Assembly: GCA_963666985.2 (NCBI GenBank)
Contig: CAXXIA010000002.1
Span: 1,920,001-1,984,000 of the forward strand
DNA: 64,000 nucleotides
Origin: Spirochaetia bacterium
GTDB taxonomy: Bacteria; Spirochaetota; Spirochaetia; DSM-2461
Reading direction: 5' to 3'
Below the pieces are notes generated by a model. The model saw only the letters and a list, made by a program, of their open reading frames with translations. It was not told the origin of the DNA and ran no database searches. This document shows, in pieces, positions 18,250 through 29,159 of this stretch. The position numbers were made by a program, and so were the translations under genes. Position 1 is the stretch's first letter; each line of letters starts with the position of its first letter.

Positions 18250-18751
18250 GCGGAGGCCGGATGCGGAGTTGGCTTTCATCGAGGAGGAGAGCTGGCTGCG
18301 GCAGCCGGGGGAGACGGGACCAGCGTTTCGTGCCTTCTGTCTGTATCGGGATTTCGGTGGGGACCGGTCGATCAAGAAGGCGATGGAAGCGAACGGGGTT
18401 CCGAGCGGCCGGAGTGGGATTTGGTGCGCGTGGAGCCGGAAGCATCAGTGGGTTCGGAGGTGCGGGGACTACGATCAGCATCTGGAGTATATCCGAAGGC
18501 TCGCGAAGGAGAACGCATTTCGGGAGAGGGAAGAGGCGCATCTGAAGGTCTCGAAGAAGATGCTCGAGATCATCGAATCGCGACTGGACGGGTTCAAGCC
18601 GAAGGATTTGAGCCAGGGGAACTTGGTGGACTGGCTGAAAACGGCCGTGGGCGTGGAGACCGAGACGTTCCTGCGCGAGGTTGAGGACGGGAAGCCGGGT
18701 ACGATGAAGCAACTGGAGATTTCCTTTTTCGAGGACTTCCGGGGGGTATGA
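18242..18751 (+). CDS. Putative phage terminase small subunit
   Basis: WLRQPGET..AF..YRD..RS / WS.KH.WV.R..DYD pattern; overlaps the terL start. Confidence 0.65.
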   Translation: MDERRPDAELAFIEEESWLRQPGETGPAFRAFCLYRDFGGDRSIKKAMEANGVPSGRSGIWCAWSRKHQWVRRCGDYDQHLEYIRRLAKENAFREREEAHLKVSKKMLEIIESRLDGFKPKDLSQGNLVDWLKTAVGVETETFLREVEDGKPGTMKQLEISFFEDFRGV

Positions 18752-19659
18752 GGTTCAAGCCGACTGAGGCGCAGCGGCGGGCTTTGGATCTGATCAAGTC
18801 AGGAGCGAAGCACGTCCTGATTTTCGGGGGGAGCCGGAGCGGGAAGACGACTCTGCTGGTGATGGTGATTATCTTCCGGTGTTTGGCGTATCCGGGAAGT
18901 CGTCATCTGATCTGCCGGCTGAAGTTGAAGGATGCCAAGAGCTCGGTGCTGCATGAGACCTTGGTGCCGTGGCTGGAGCGGACCTGTGGCCGAGGTCACT
19001 TCAAATACTACCGGCATGAGAACTTCATCAAGCTGGAGAACGGATCGGAGATTTGGATCGGGGGATTGGGCGACCGAGAACAGGTGGAGCGGATCCTGGG
19101 TCATGAGTACAACACGATTTATTTCAATGAGGTGAGCCAGCTTTCCTACCATGCGGTGACCACCGCGTATTCGCGGCTGGCGATGAAGATTCCGGGGTGC
19201 CGGAATCTTTTTTTGTATGACTGCAACCCGGCCTCGCCGCTGCACTGGGCGTATCGGATCTTCGTGCGTAAGGTCAGCTTCCGGATCGACGAACCGCTGG
19301 GCAAGCCCGAGCTCTACGCGTCGATGCTGATGAATCCGGAGGACAACCGGGAGAACCTGGACGAGGACTACATCGAGGGGATTCTGGACGACCTGCCGGA
19401 GAAGCAGAAGGCGCGGTTCCGGTTCGGCCAGTGGGTGAAGGGCGAAGGCTGCATCTATGAGAAGTTCACTGAGGAGATGATACTTGATCCGGAGGATCTG
19501 CCCGAAATGGACTACTACTCCGGCGGCCTGAATTTCGGGATGAATATGGCCGCGGTGAAGGTGGGGCACCACAGTGACGCGGTCAATATCACTGATGATA
19601 ACGACGGCTATAACATCATTGTCAAAATCTTCGACGAGAACCTAAGAGATTCCGGATGA
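18748..19659 (+). pseudogene. Phage terminase large subunit, C-terminally truncated
   Basis: Walker A GGSRSGKT, YFNE Walker B, DCNP motif. Nuclease domain begins GLNFG (GxDFG expected) and stops at 303 aa. Confidence 0.8.
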
Positions 19660-19703
19660 CATGAGCACGGTGAAGAAGTCTGTGAGGTTGCATGGGACGG
19701 GTT

Positions 19704-21350
19704 TCACTTCAAGGTTGTTGCACACAAGGAATTGCGGGCGGCTTCTTTAACTATTGGAACCAATGGTGGTGCAACGCTAAGTGTTCTGATCCCACACTGC
19801 AGTAGCTTTGGAATGTATTCAGGTCGTCCTGCAAGTTCACCGCATACGGAAAGTGGTACATCAGGCACATCATTATGAGTTATTTCAATGAGTCTAAATA
19901 TGGCATCGGCGGCATCGTTATAGTAACGCTCTACTGCCGCATTTTCCCTATCAGCAGCAAAAACATATTGTGTAAGGTCGTTGGTCCCGAAACTCAGGAA
20001 GTCACTGTGTTGAACTATCTCTCGCGCTGAAAGAGCTGCTGCCGGTGTTTCTATCATGGCTCCCAGTTTGGGGAGGGTAAATATCTGCAGTTCAGAACCC
20101 ATATTCATAAGTTCCTTTTTTACTGCTGCGACGTCTTCTGCCAGTGTGACCATGGGAACCAGAATACGCACGTCGTATTCCTTGGAGATTTTCAGTATTG
20201 CCCGTAGATTCGTTCGTAACAGTTCGGGATATTTGCGAAGCAACCGGATGCCTCGACGCCCTAAGGAGGGATTTGATTCCGCTAAGAACTTCAGGAAAGG
20301 TAAAGGTTTATCGGTGCCGACATCCAGAAGACGGATATAGACTGTGCGGTCCCTCGCCGCTTCGAGTGTCTGACGCATCTCAGCGAGAAGTTCCTCCGTA
20401 TTGGGAGGTACGGCGCGTCCCAGGTATGCCCGCTCCATACGGTATAACCCGACGCCTTCTGCTCCGTTCAACATGGCCCTTTGGGTATCGTCGCTACATC
20501 CCACGTTGGCAAGTACGGTGATCGTTACATCATCTTTCGTAACTGCAGGGCCCAGAGCAAGCTGTCGTGCCAAGTGTTGAGCATTTTCATTCTTTTCAAC
20601 CTTTCTCTTGAATATAAGTTTTTCTTCTTCCTTGGGATTAATCGTGACTGTTCCTGTGTTTGCATCCACAAGAGCCAGAGCGCCATCGGGAACCGTGATC
20701 AGAAGATTAGAGAGTTCGGAGATGCATGGTAGGCCCATTTCGCGTGCAAACAAAGCAGCATGAGAGCCAATAGTCCCGTATTCCAGGAGAACAGCCGAGG
20801 TGGATCGATCAGCGAGAAAAACAGTATCGGACGGAAGCAAACGCGAAATCGCGAGAACACTGCCATCAGGAATCTTGCTTAGCGGGTGACCCGTGATCCC
20901 CGCAAGGGCATTGGACAGGCGGATAGAAACATCCCGCATATCATCGCTTTTATCTCTGGCTATCTGCGACTCCATCAACAGGAATCGTTTCTCCCAGCGT
21001 AAGAACACGGTCTTTACGGCACTATTGGCAGTTACCAGGTTGTCTAGAATTTCCTTTCTTAATTCCTCTCGTAATGAAGTGTCATTTGCTATGAGTTTAT
21101 GGACCTCGAAAACATTGGCAAGCCTGGAATCGATTTCCCTTTCGACTCGGGTTGCCAGGGTGATGAGATCATCCGAAATCTTCGCGGTAGCGACATCAAG
21201 ACGCGAAAACTCTTCTTCGACGTTGTGATCCCCGTCCATCGGAGCATCTATTGGGCCAAGAATGCTGCGGTGGACATGCACAATCCCTTCCGAAAGCCCA
21301 GGCGAGATCGGAGTCCCTTGGAGAATCAATACCGAATGTTCCTTTGACAC
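19704..21350 (-). CDS. ptsI: PEP-protein phosphotransferase (PTS enzyme I)
   Basis: GSHAALFARE (phospho-His), GVGLYR, MIETP, SFGTNDLTQY, SVCGE motifs; GTG start after GGAGG. Confidence 0.88.
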   Translation of the reverse strand: MSKEHSVLILQGTPISPGLSEGIVHVHRSILGPIDAPMDGDHNVEEEFSRLDVATAKISDDLITLATRVEREIDSRLANVFEVHKLIANDTSLREELRKEILDNLVTANSAVKTVFLRWEKRFLLMESQIARDKSDDMRDVSIRLSNALAGITGHPLSKIPDGSVLAISRLLPSDTVFLADRSTSAVLLEYGTIGSHAALFAREMGLPCISELSNLLITVPDGALALVDANTGTVTINPKEEEKLIFKRKVEKNENAQHLARQLALGPAVTKDDVTITVLANVGCSDDTQRAMLNGAEGVGLYRMERAYLGRAVPPNTEELLAEMRQTLEAARDRTVYIRLLDVGTDKPLPFLKFLAESNPSLGRRGIRLLRKYPELLRTNLRAILKISKEYDVRILVPMVTLAEDVAAVKKELMNMGSELQIFTLPKLGAMIETPAAALSAREIVQHSDFLSFGTNDLTQYVFAADRENAAVERYYNDAADAIFRLIEITHNDVPDVPLSVCGELAGRPEYIPKLLQCGIRTLSVAPPLVPIVKEAARNSLCATTLK

Positions 21351-21664
21351 GAATTGTCCTCCCGTATGCCACACAATCAAGTATATGAAATCAAATGGGG
21401 AAAAAGCGGCCTCATCATCTTTCAGCATATCCGATACTCCTGCTTTCATCGGTATACAAAATGGAATATTGAGGTGAGAGCAGCGATTTCACTGTGAATC
21501 AAACAGAACACTTGGGCATTCGGGTTCAATCCGGCTGATTTCTCAAGTTAATTACACTCTATTACAGGTTCTTCATCGAGAATGGCATATTCTTTCCGCA
21601 CTATGTGCGTTGTCGAACAGACCACTAGCCGGCAAAAGCGTACTCTTCATTGACAGGAGAGCAT

Positions 21665-21922
21665 ATGGACAAGATCGATAAAGTTGCAAATCCTTTTGTG
21701 GAAAAAATCATCATGTTCATGGCCAATAAAAAGATGTGGGTGTTCTGGACTCTTTACACCATCGTGAGCGGAGTACTGTTCGGTGTGCTGTATGGAGCTT
21801 TCCGCCTAGTAGCGCAACGATGGTGGATTGCTCCGATCATTATCATCGGGATCGGACTTATCTGGGGCACATCTCAATATTCGGCAATGAAGTCTACATT
21901 GCAGTCGGAAAAGGCAGCATGA
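21665..21922 (+). CDS. Small 2-TM membrane protein
   Basis: AGGAG RBS; two hydrophobic segments. Confidence 0.65.
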   Translation: MDKIDKVANPFVEKIIMFMANKKMWVFWTLYTIVSGVLFGVLYGAFRLVAQRWWIAPIIIIGIGLIWGTSQYSAMKSTLQSEKAA

Positions 21923-22059
21923 TCCTGAGCCGGCGAATCCTTAAGCCTGTGGGATAGAAGATGCCTTCATTTTTCAAGATTCAGCCGTGCTTGCGCTAGC
22001 TAACGGACAGTTCTTAAGTTTTGGGATCACCATAAACAGTTTATAAGGAGAGAAAGAGC

Positions 22060-22374
22060 ATGGGAGAAAAACGAGATGCCTACGTGGCGAAAATGGGGAA
22101 TAAGCTGCGCAAGTGGAGCGCCGAGATCGACAAAATGGAAGCCAAGGCTCGGGAGGTAGGAGTCGGAAGCCTACAGGATTTCCAAAAACAGGTTGTAGAC
22201 CTGCAATGCAAGCGGAAGGAAATCAACCATAAGCTCGAAGATCTCCGTCATGTTGGGGAAGCCAAGTGGAGGGATATGAAAACCGACGTTGACTCCGCGT
22301 GGAAAATTTTGGATAAGGCCGTACATTCCGCAATGGCAACTTTTAAGGAATCAAGCCTTCCAGAACAATCATAA
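22060..22374 (+). CDS. Small coiled-coil protein (sll1863-like stress protein type)
   Basis: RDAYVAKM..KL..WSAEIDK..AKA / W..MK..VDSAW pattern; AGGAG RBS. Confidence 0.7.
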   Translation: MGEKRDAYVAKMGNKLRKWSAEIDKMEAKAREVGVGSLQDFQKQVVDLQCKRKEINHKLEDLRHVGEAKWRDMKTDVDSAWKILDKAVHSAMATFKESSLPEQS

Positions 22375-22586
22375 CGATTCAAACCTATCCATTCACGGCA
22401 GGTTGGCAGGTTCCCGGTGAAGAATATTCTCCCCTCCAATTAGCCGCCATTCAATCGTGGGAGGAGTTGTCCGCCTGAATGACTCGTCAAATTTCGATGG
22501 ACAGACTCAGTGCAAGGAGGCGTAAATCAATCGCTCTGGGTAGTTGAATCGAAACAGCTTTAACCGAAAATAGCAAGGAGTATCAG

Positions 22587-23090
22587 ATGGCTCAGAAAGA
22601 AAAAAAACAAGTGTGGATTAATCGTGTTTTGGCGTTCCTGTTCGGTGGCCTCGTGGTTTTTGCCGTGATGAGCTTGGCTGTGACAGTGCCGGTGAAATCC
22701 CGGAACGCCACTCTGACGAAGCAGATCGACGAAATCCAATATGGCGCGGCTAGGCTGCTCGACGAGGCCAATGCGTTCATCCTGATCGGTTCTTACGAGA
22801 AGGCGAAAAGTTCATTGGAGTCCCTTTTCGAGAAGCATCCGGCTTCCCTCGAAGCGGCTGAGGGCACAGCCCTTTACGTGGAGATTGAAGCAACGTTGCA
22901 CGAAAGCGAAATGAAATGGGACGCCGCTGTCGAAACAGTTAAAACTGCCTGGGAAAGTACGAGAGCCGAGGAGATTAGAGCGGAATTCGAGCAAAAAAGA
23001 GTACTGATGGAGACGACAATGTCAGAAACACTGGCCAAGGAGTGGGAAAAATCGGAAGCCACGGTCCGGGAGGAGTGGGAGAAATTGTAG
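22587..23090 (+). CDS. Membrane-anchored helical hypothetical protein
   Basis: N-terminal TM, TPR-like helix pair; AGGAG RBS. Confidence 0.7.
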   Translation: MAQKEKKQVWINRVLAFLFGGLVVFAVMSLAVTVPVKSRNATLTKQIDEIQYGAARLLDEANAFILIGSYEKAKSSLESLFEKHPASLEAAEGTALYVEIEATLHESEMKWDAAVETVKTAWESTRAEEIRAEFEQKRVLMETTMSETLAKEWEKSEATVREEWEKL

Positions 23091-23236
23091 GTGACTCGAC
23101 CGGTATCATCCGGTAAAAGCCCGCTCGCATGAGCGGGCCGATAGCTCGAGTATTATCACGAACGTCGGTTGACTTTCCACGGCGCCTTCTCCTATATTTT
23201 AAACCTTGCTGGAGGTCGCTTATAGCCAAGGCAGCC

Positions 23237-23959
23237 GTGCAATCTGTCCATCCCAATGAACGTCAGAACCATCTGCTCGCGGTACTTCCAGAACCGGAGC
23301 GTATACGGTTGTTTCCTCAGATGGAATTGGTTGATATGCCCCTCGGACATACGCTTTATGAGTCCGGCGACCAACTAGAATACGTGTTTTTTCCTACTAC
23401 CGCCATTGTGTCTCTGCTCTACATCCTGGAAGATGGCGCCTCGGCGGAGATCGCTGTCGTCGGAAACGAAGGAATCGTGGGAGTCGCGCTGTTCATGGGA
23501 GGCGAGACTATGCCGAACCGTGCAGTCGTTCAGAGCGAAGGCCGCGCCTATCGGCTGCCGGGCCGGGTTCTCAAGGAGGAATTCAACCGCGGGGGTGCTC
23601 TGCAGCATTTATTGCTGCGCTATACGCTCGCGATGCTGACCCAGATGGCGCAAACCGCCGTCTGCAATCGTCATCATTCCGTAGACCAACAACTGTGCCG
23701 GTGGTTGCTCCTCAGTCTCGATCGTCTCCCGACGAATGAACTCCGAATGACCCAAGAGCTGATCGCAAATATGCTTGGAGTTCGACGAGAGGGAGTCACC
23801 GAGGCTGCCGGCAAACTCCAAAGGGCGGGACTAATCCACTACCATCGCGGCCGAATCACCGTACTCGACCGACCCGGTCTTGAAGCGCGCGTTTGCGAAT
23901 GCTATGAAGTCGTCAGGCAGGAGTTTTTCCGCTTGCTCCCCGATACCGAAGCTGAATAA
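23237..23959 (+). CDS. Crp/Fnr family transcriptional regulator
   Basis: NHLLAVLP, VGNEG, CNRHHSVDQQLCRWLL, TQELIANMLGVRREGVTEAA (HTH). Confidence 0.93.
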   Translation: MQSVHPNERQNHLLAVLPEPERIRLFPQMELVDMPLGHTLYESGDQLEYVFFPTTAIVSLLYILEDGASAEIAVVGNEGIVGVALFMGGETMPNRAVVQSEGRAYRLPGRVLKEEFNRGGALQHLLLRYTLAMLTQMAQTAVCNRHHSVDQQLCRWLLLSLDRLPTNELRMTQELIANMLGVRREGVTEAAGKLQRAGLIHYHRGRITVLDRPGLEARVCECYEVVRQEFFRLLPDTEAE

Positions 23960-24166
23960 TCGTTTTTCTCGGGACAGAGGCGGGAGTAATTCGAAGGATT
24001 AACGGCCAGGGCATTTTGAGAATCGGCCCTATCTTGATTTCCGATCGAAGGGCCATTCAAGGATTTTCAGTATTTCAATCAGTTAGGCTGAAATGATAAA
24101 TGGCTGAGTATCCGAAGTATCTGGAAACATACAAACCCATAAGCAATTATTGGGATTCCCCGGATC

Positions 24167-25705
24167 TTAACCGGCCCGGATGCCCGAAAGAGTTGCCGGG
24201 GGTTCGGCGATGACCGTGAGTTGTTCGGCCACTTTCCGAAAATGGAAACCATAGACGGACATACGGAGAACCTCGACGATCGCCCTGGGATGTCTCCTCA
24301 ACACGAACAGCATGAGCTTCCAAAAGTAGCGACGGCTACGTCCGACAATGCCGATGCGCCAGAACACACGAAGAAGAGCACCAAGGTTTCTCCGATCGGG
24401 GTTCTTTGGGCCGTATTTTGGCGCACGATACTCCGATAGGAACATCCGAATGCGGTTGAAATACTCCTTGGGCGAATATATGGTGCCGACAATGCGTCGA
24501 TAGCCTCTCCGAAGTACATCCCGATCGAGCAGCGGTCGAAAGTTGAGTTCACCGTCGGAATTGTTCCCGGATGTCTTGTGCTCGATTCGTCCTTCGTTCT
24601 CCAGCCGGCTGTAGAGCTTCGTCCCGGTTTCTGCCGTGAGAAGGCCCACCATGGCGACCACGATGCCGCTTTCCTGGATAAATTCGATCTGTCGGTCGAA
24701 CATTTCGGGAGTATCGTTGTCAAAACCGACGATGAAGCCGGCACTGACTTCCAGACCTTTGCGCTGTAGATACTTGACTGCTTCGATAAGGTTTCGGTCT
24801 ATGTTCTGGATTTTTCCGCACTCGTGGAGATTCGATTCTTCCGGTGTTTCGATGCCGACGAACACAGTGTGAAATCCGGCCTCTACCATGGCCTCTACGA
24901 GTGATTCGTCATCAACTAAGTTGATCGATACCTCAGTTGTGAAGGAATATGGCATTCCGCGCTCTTTTGACCACTGTGTCAGCGCCGGCAGGAGGTCGTT
25001 CTTGAGCTTCTGTCGGTTGCCAATGAAATTATCGTCCACGATAAAGACCGGTCCACGCCAACCGAAGTCATAAAGCGTATCCAGTTCTTTGATGAATTGA
25101 CCGGTTTGCTTGCATCGAGGCTTGCGGCCGAACATCATGGTGATGCTGCAAAACTCGCAGTCGAACGGGCAGCCCCTCGAGTATTGGACATCGATCGAGG
25201 CGTAGGCCGAGAGGTCCAGAAGTCCCCATTCGGGAATCGGCGTAGCGTCGAGATTAGGGAAGCGATTCGAGGAGTGTATCGAGGTATAAATACGGCGAGG
25301 ATGGCCATTGACGACATCGGCAAGGAATTCCGGAAGGGTCATTTCCGCTTCATTCAAGACGAAATGGTCGACATTCTTGATGGTTTCATGATGAAGGGTG
25401 CAGTATGGACCGCCGCCGACGACTTTCACTCCCAGACGGTTACAACGCAATGCGATTTCTTCGAATGATCTCCGGTGAAGATCCATGCCGCTGAGGAACA
25501 CGTAATCGGCCCAGCGAATGTCAACGTCATGGAGGTCGGTGACGTTCGTGTCGACTAAACGTCTGTTCCAATGTCTCGGGAGCATCGCCGCGACCGTTAT
25601 GAGTCCGAGGGGCGGTTCGGCGGCCCGTTTTCCGACAAAATCCACTGCATAAGTCATGCTCCAGAAAGTGACCGGGGTTTTCGGATAGATTAAAAGAATA
25701 TTCAT
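24167..25705 (-). CDS. B12-binding radical SAM protein (DUF4070 type)
   Basis: PPLGLITVAA B12-binding region; SRGCPFDCEFC CxxxCxxC; VDDNFIGN. Confidence 0.92.
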   Translation of the reverse strand: MNILLIYPKTPVTFWSMTYAVDFVGKRAAEPPLGLITVAAMLPRHWNRRLVDTNVTDLHDVDIRWADYVFLSGMDLHRRSFEEIALRCNRLGVKVVGGGPYCTLHHETIKNVDHFVLNEAEMTLPEFLADVVNGHPRRIYTSIHSSNRFPNLDATPIPEWGLLDLSAYASIDVQYSRGCPFDCEFCSITMMFGRKPRCKQTGQFIKELDTLYDFGWRGPVFIVDDNFIGNRQKLKNDLLPALTQWSKERGMPYSFTTEVSINLVDDESLVEAMVEAGFHTVFVGIETPEESNLHECGKIQNIDRNLIEAVKYLQRKGLEVSAGFIVGFDNDTPEMFDRQIEFIQESGIVVAMVGLLTAETGTKLYSRLENEGRIEHKTSGNNSDGELNFRPLLDRDVLRRGYRRIVGTIYSPKEYFNRIRMFLSEYRAPKYGPKNPDRRNLGALLRVFWRIGIVGRSRRYFWKLMLFVLRRHPRAIVEVLRMSVYGFHFRKVAEQLTVIAEPPATLSGIRAG

Positions 25706-26193
25706 CAGTTGCAAGCATAGGATGGTGGAATATGGATGTCTGTGCGGTATCACACAAATTCGGAGGATTGAGTCATATTCTCTCCAATTCGCCTTCGATA
25801 TATTTGAAATGGGAAATTGCGGATAGAGAGTCGAGCGAAATCCATCGTCAGCGGAGGTTGATGTCAAATTATTTTTTGCATGAGTTGAAAAGCCTTAGCT
25901 AGCGGCTAATTCGTGGAGTTCCTTTTATATTGAAACGGTGCCACTGCTTGAAAGATCCGGTGAGTTCCGAACATGGCTACTTTTTGCTCCCGTTCATACA
26001 TTATACTTCAAGAGCTGGTTGATGATGTTCCTATTACAGAAAAATCCGTTCTTTCTCCCGGTAGGGTTGCGTTTGTTTCGGCAATCGCAGGGGTGGTAAT
26101 TCGGTTTAGTGAAGTCATTTGGCGGCTAAAACGGAAATATCAAAACGTTGCCTGAGAATAGATCAGGGCCGACCGGCTCAAAAGGCAGTAAAA

Positions 26194-27660
26194 ATGAATG
26201 TTCCAGTCAGCCGACACGCAATTCGCATGGTTCCGGATTCCACCAGGGTTATTGCCCGTTTTTTCATGCCGGGACAGATTGATCGGGTTGCTTCCATCAT
26301 AGAGAAAGTCGCGGGATTCACCGAAAGCGAAGCGACACGCAGCCTGGAAGACGTCCTCCGCCGCTTCGCGCCGCGGCACAGGAACATCAGCAGTCTCTTT
26401 GAATCTCACTTCGAGAAAGTCAGGGATATGCTGAATGGGCACAATTCGGATACCGAGGGCCTTTCATCCGATAAGAAAATGTTGATAGGTTCGTATTTCA
26501 CGATGGAATATTCGATTGAATCGGCCGCATTCTTCAATCCGTCTATCGTTATCGATCCCTTCCAACCCGATCTTCCTGCGGGCCACACGCGGGTCATCCT
26601 GAGTTTTCGTGCCACCGGCGAGGGGCATCTCTCCTCGATCGCGTTTCGCGGAGGTGTCCTCACCGATACGAATGAAATTACTATCGATCCCCCCGGACGA
26701 TTGGTGGATGTTCCCGAGACCGTGACTCGCCACACATATATTAAATCGGCTTTTCTGGAGAAATTATCGGAGATGAAGATACGTCAGGATATCTCCATCG
26801 AAATCCTGACGCCCTTGGATGAAAACTATCAATACGAGGATTTGCGCGACACCATCGCCGCTCTGGGGACTCGTTCCGCTCTATCGCATTCCCGTAGGAC
26901 GGTGGTGAATGCGATAGAATGGCTGGCAAACTCACATTATGACGTGACCTTCTCCAGGGATACCGGGTTGAGTGAACGGATCATCTTTCCTGTTTCGGCG
27001 ACAGAGAGCAACGGTCTTGAGGATGCCAGATTCGTCCGGTTCACCGAGGGTGATTCGGTCTGCTATTACGCCACATATACGGCCTATAACGGGCATACGA
27101 TCCTGCCGAAGCTTCTTGTCACCGAAGACTTCTATCAATTCAAGGCCGTCCCCCTTCATGGCGAGATGGTGCAGAATAAAGGCATGTCCCTCTTCCCCCG
27201 GAAGCTGAATAACCGGTATGCGATGATCGGACGATGCGACGGCGTCAATCTCTATATCCTTTACTCCGATGACATCCATTACTGGTCCGAGGCCCTTCCC
27301 TTGGCATCCCCGCTCTATCCATGGGAAATCGTGCAGATCGGAAACTCAGGATCCCCGATCGAAACCGACGAGGGGTGGCTTCTCGTGAACCATGGCGTGG
27401 GTCCCATGAGGACGTACTGCCTGAGCGCTCTGCTTCTGGATCTCGATGATCCGACACGGATCATCGGACGACTATCCGAACCGTTATTGATTCCGGATGC
27501 CGAGGAGCGGGAGGGGTATGTCCCCAATGTCGTTTACTCCTGCGGATCGATCATTCACGCCGGAGAATTGGTGATTCCGTACGCTATGGCCGATTCGGCC
27601 AGTTCCCTCGTTACGATACCGCTGGAAACCTTATTGGCCGAGCTCAAGAAATCCGGTTGA
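26194..27660 (+). CDS. Glycosidase/phosphorylase, GH130-like (PH1107-related)
   Basis: FNPSI, EDARFV, YATYTAY, REGYVPNVVYSCG. Confidence 0.85.
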   Translation: MNVPVSRHAIRMVPDSTRVIARFFMPGQIDRVASIIEKVAGFTESEATRSLEDVLRRFAPRHRNISSLFESHFEKVRDMLNGHNSDTEGLSSDKKMLIGSYFTMEYSIESAAFFNPSIVIDPFQPDLPAGHTRVILSFRATGEGHLSSIAFRGGVLTDTNEITIDPPGRLVDVPETVTRHTYIKSAFLEKLSEMKIRQDISIEILTPLDENYQYEDLRDTIAALGTRSALSHSRRTVVNAIEWLANSHYDVTFSRDTGLSERIIFPVSATESNGLEDARFVRFTEGDSVCYYATYTAYNGHTILPKLLVTEDFYQFKAVPLHGEMVQNKGMSLFPRKLNNRYAMIGRCDGVNLYILYSDDIHYWSEALPLASPLYPWEIVQIGNSGSPIETDEGWLLVNHGVGPMRTYCLSALLLDLDDPTRIIGRLSEPLLIPDAEEREGYVPNVVYSCGSIIHAGELVIPYAMADSASSLVTIPLETLLAELKKSG

Positions 27661-27680
27661 CGGGCCGTCATTGATTCCCC

Positions 27681-29159
27681 TCATCGCATCATGGAACTCA
27701 GGACATCGTCCAATTCCGCAACAGCGAAACGCGTTGACGAATCGCTCATGGCGTAGGGGATGAAGAGGTGCCGTTCATGCAAGAGAGCTCCGCAAGTGTA
27801 TAGGACGTTAGGAACATATCCTTCCCGTTCGGATTCATTCGGTTCCATCAGCGGTTCGCTTAAGCGACCCAGGACATGCGACGGCTCCTTGATGTCCAGG
27901 AGAAAGGCCCCGATGCCGTATTTTCTCATCGGGCCGACGCCGTGGCTTAATACCAACCACCCCTCTTCCGTCTCTAGGGGAGAACTGCAGGTGCCTATCT
28001 TCAGCATTTCCCATGAATTCAGCGGTGCCATGACAACCTGGGGATTCTCCCAGAATTGAATGTCACAGGAACTCATCATCAGAATATTCTGATTATCCTG
28101 CCGTGAAAGCATGACGAAACGTCCGTCAATCTTCCGAGGGAATAGCGACATTCCTTTGTTCCTGACACCGGAACCGACTAGGAAAATAAACCGAAAACGG
28201 CAAAAGTCCGTGGTCGAGAGCAGCCCGGGACGAATGTGCTTCCCATCGAACGCCGTGTATGTCGCATAGAATGTCCTTTCCCCGTTTTCATCGTGAAATT
28301 CCACAAAACGGGCGTCCTCGATGCCGTTTCGCTGATCTGCCGTAAAAGGGAACAGCACGCGCTGCGATAAGCTCGTCAGGGGATCGAACACCACCTCACA
28401 GTCGGATTCGGCCAAGCGCCTTATCTTCTTCGCGAGGCTTTTATCGGCACCAGATCCGGTTAAGGTTCCCAGCTGTTTGTCTTCAACTTGTTCCTGAAGA
28501 TTCTGCAGCAGGAAAACATCAGGCAGCTGCGCCATCAGATTCCGGGACCAATCGTTCAGCAAACCCATTGCGTTGAGCTTATGGGTAAAAACGGTCTTTT
28601 CAATGGGGTCGGGATACGAACGTACCGGCTCTATCAGAGGTTTTTCAGGAGGCGTGATACTGACCTGATTTCCGGCTTCGATGGTGCCGGTGCGGAACGT
28701 AATGGACGAAATATGGCCCTCGCCGGTAGCTCTCAGGCTTAATACGAATCGGAGCGCTCCGGGGTTCAGGTTGCTTTGGTCGGGATGCTTCACGATAGAC
28801 GGATTAAACAGGGCCGCAGCCTCGATGGAGTATTCATGGCAGAAATACGAGCCGATGAGCGCCTTGCGAGCAGTCGTCAACTCTTCCTTGATGCCGGGAG
28901 CCTTGTTCACGCGGGCAAATCGAGCCTGAAAAAATGCTTCCAGGTCCGCATGACGATGACCGAACTCCCCGTTCAGAGTGGATAATTCCCGTTCTACTTC
29001 TTCAGGAGTGAGTGCCATAACATGTTCGGCAACTTTCTTGAGTATCCCTTTTCTGTTTCCGGACCTGAAAGGCCTCAACAGTACCCGGGATGGATCCGGC
29101 GCGAGGGTCGGGCCGATCCGGGAGAGACGGATCCCCCCTCTCGGATTTGCGTCATTCAT
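27681..29159 (-). CDS. Second GH130-like glycosidase/phosphorylase
   Basis: Same motifs (FNPSI, EDARFV, REGYVPNVLYTCG). Confidence 0.85.
   Translation of the reverse strand: MNDANPRGGIRLSRIGPTLAPDPSRVLLRPFRSGNRKGILKKVAEHVMALTPEEVERELSTLNGEFGHRHADLEAFFQARFARVNKAPGIKEELTTARKALIGSYFCHEYSIEAAALFNPSIVKHPDQSNLNPGALRFVLSLRATGEGHISSITFRTGTIEAGNQVSITPPEKPLIEPVRSYPDPIEKTVFTHKLNAMGLLNDWSRNLMAQLPDVFLLQNLQEQVEDKQLGTLTGSGADKSLAKKIRRLAESDCEVVFDPLTSLSQRVLFPFTADQRNGIEDARFVEFHDENGERTFYATYTAFDGKHIRPGLLSTTDFCRFRFIFLVGSGVRNKGMSLFPRKIDGRFVMLSRQDNQNILMMSSCDIQFWENPQVVMAPLNSWEMLKIGTCSSPLETEEGWLVLSHGVGPMRKYGIGAFLLDIKEPSHVLGRLSEPLMEPNESEREGYVPNVLYTCGALLHERHLFIPYAMSDSSTRFAVAELDDVLSSMMR

Noticed and set aside
17801..19572. 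Long antisense ORFs 17801-18712 and 18799-19572
   Set aside because: Shadows of GC-rich plus-strand phage genes.
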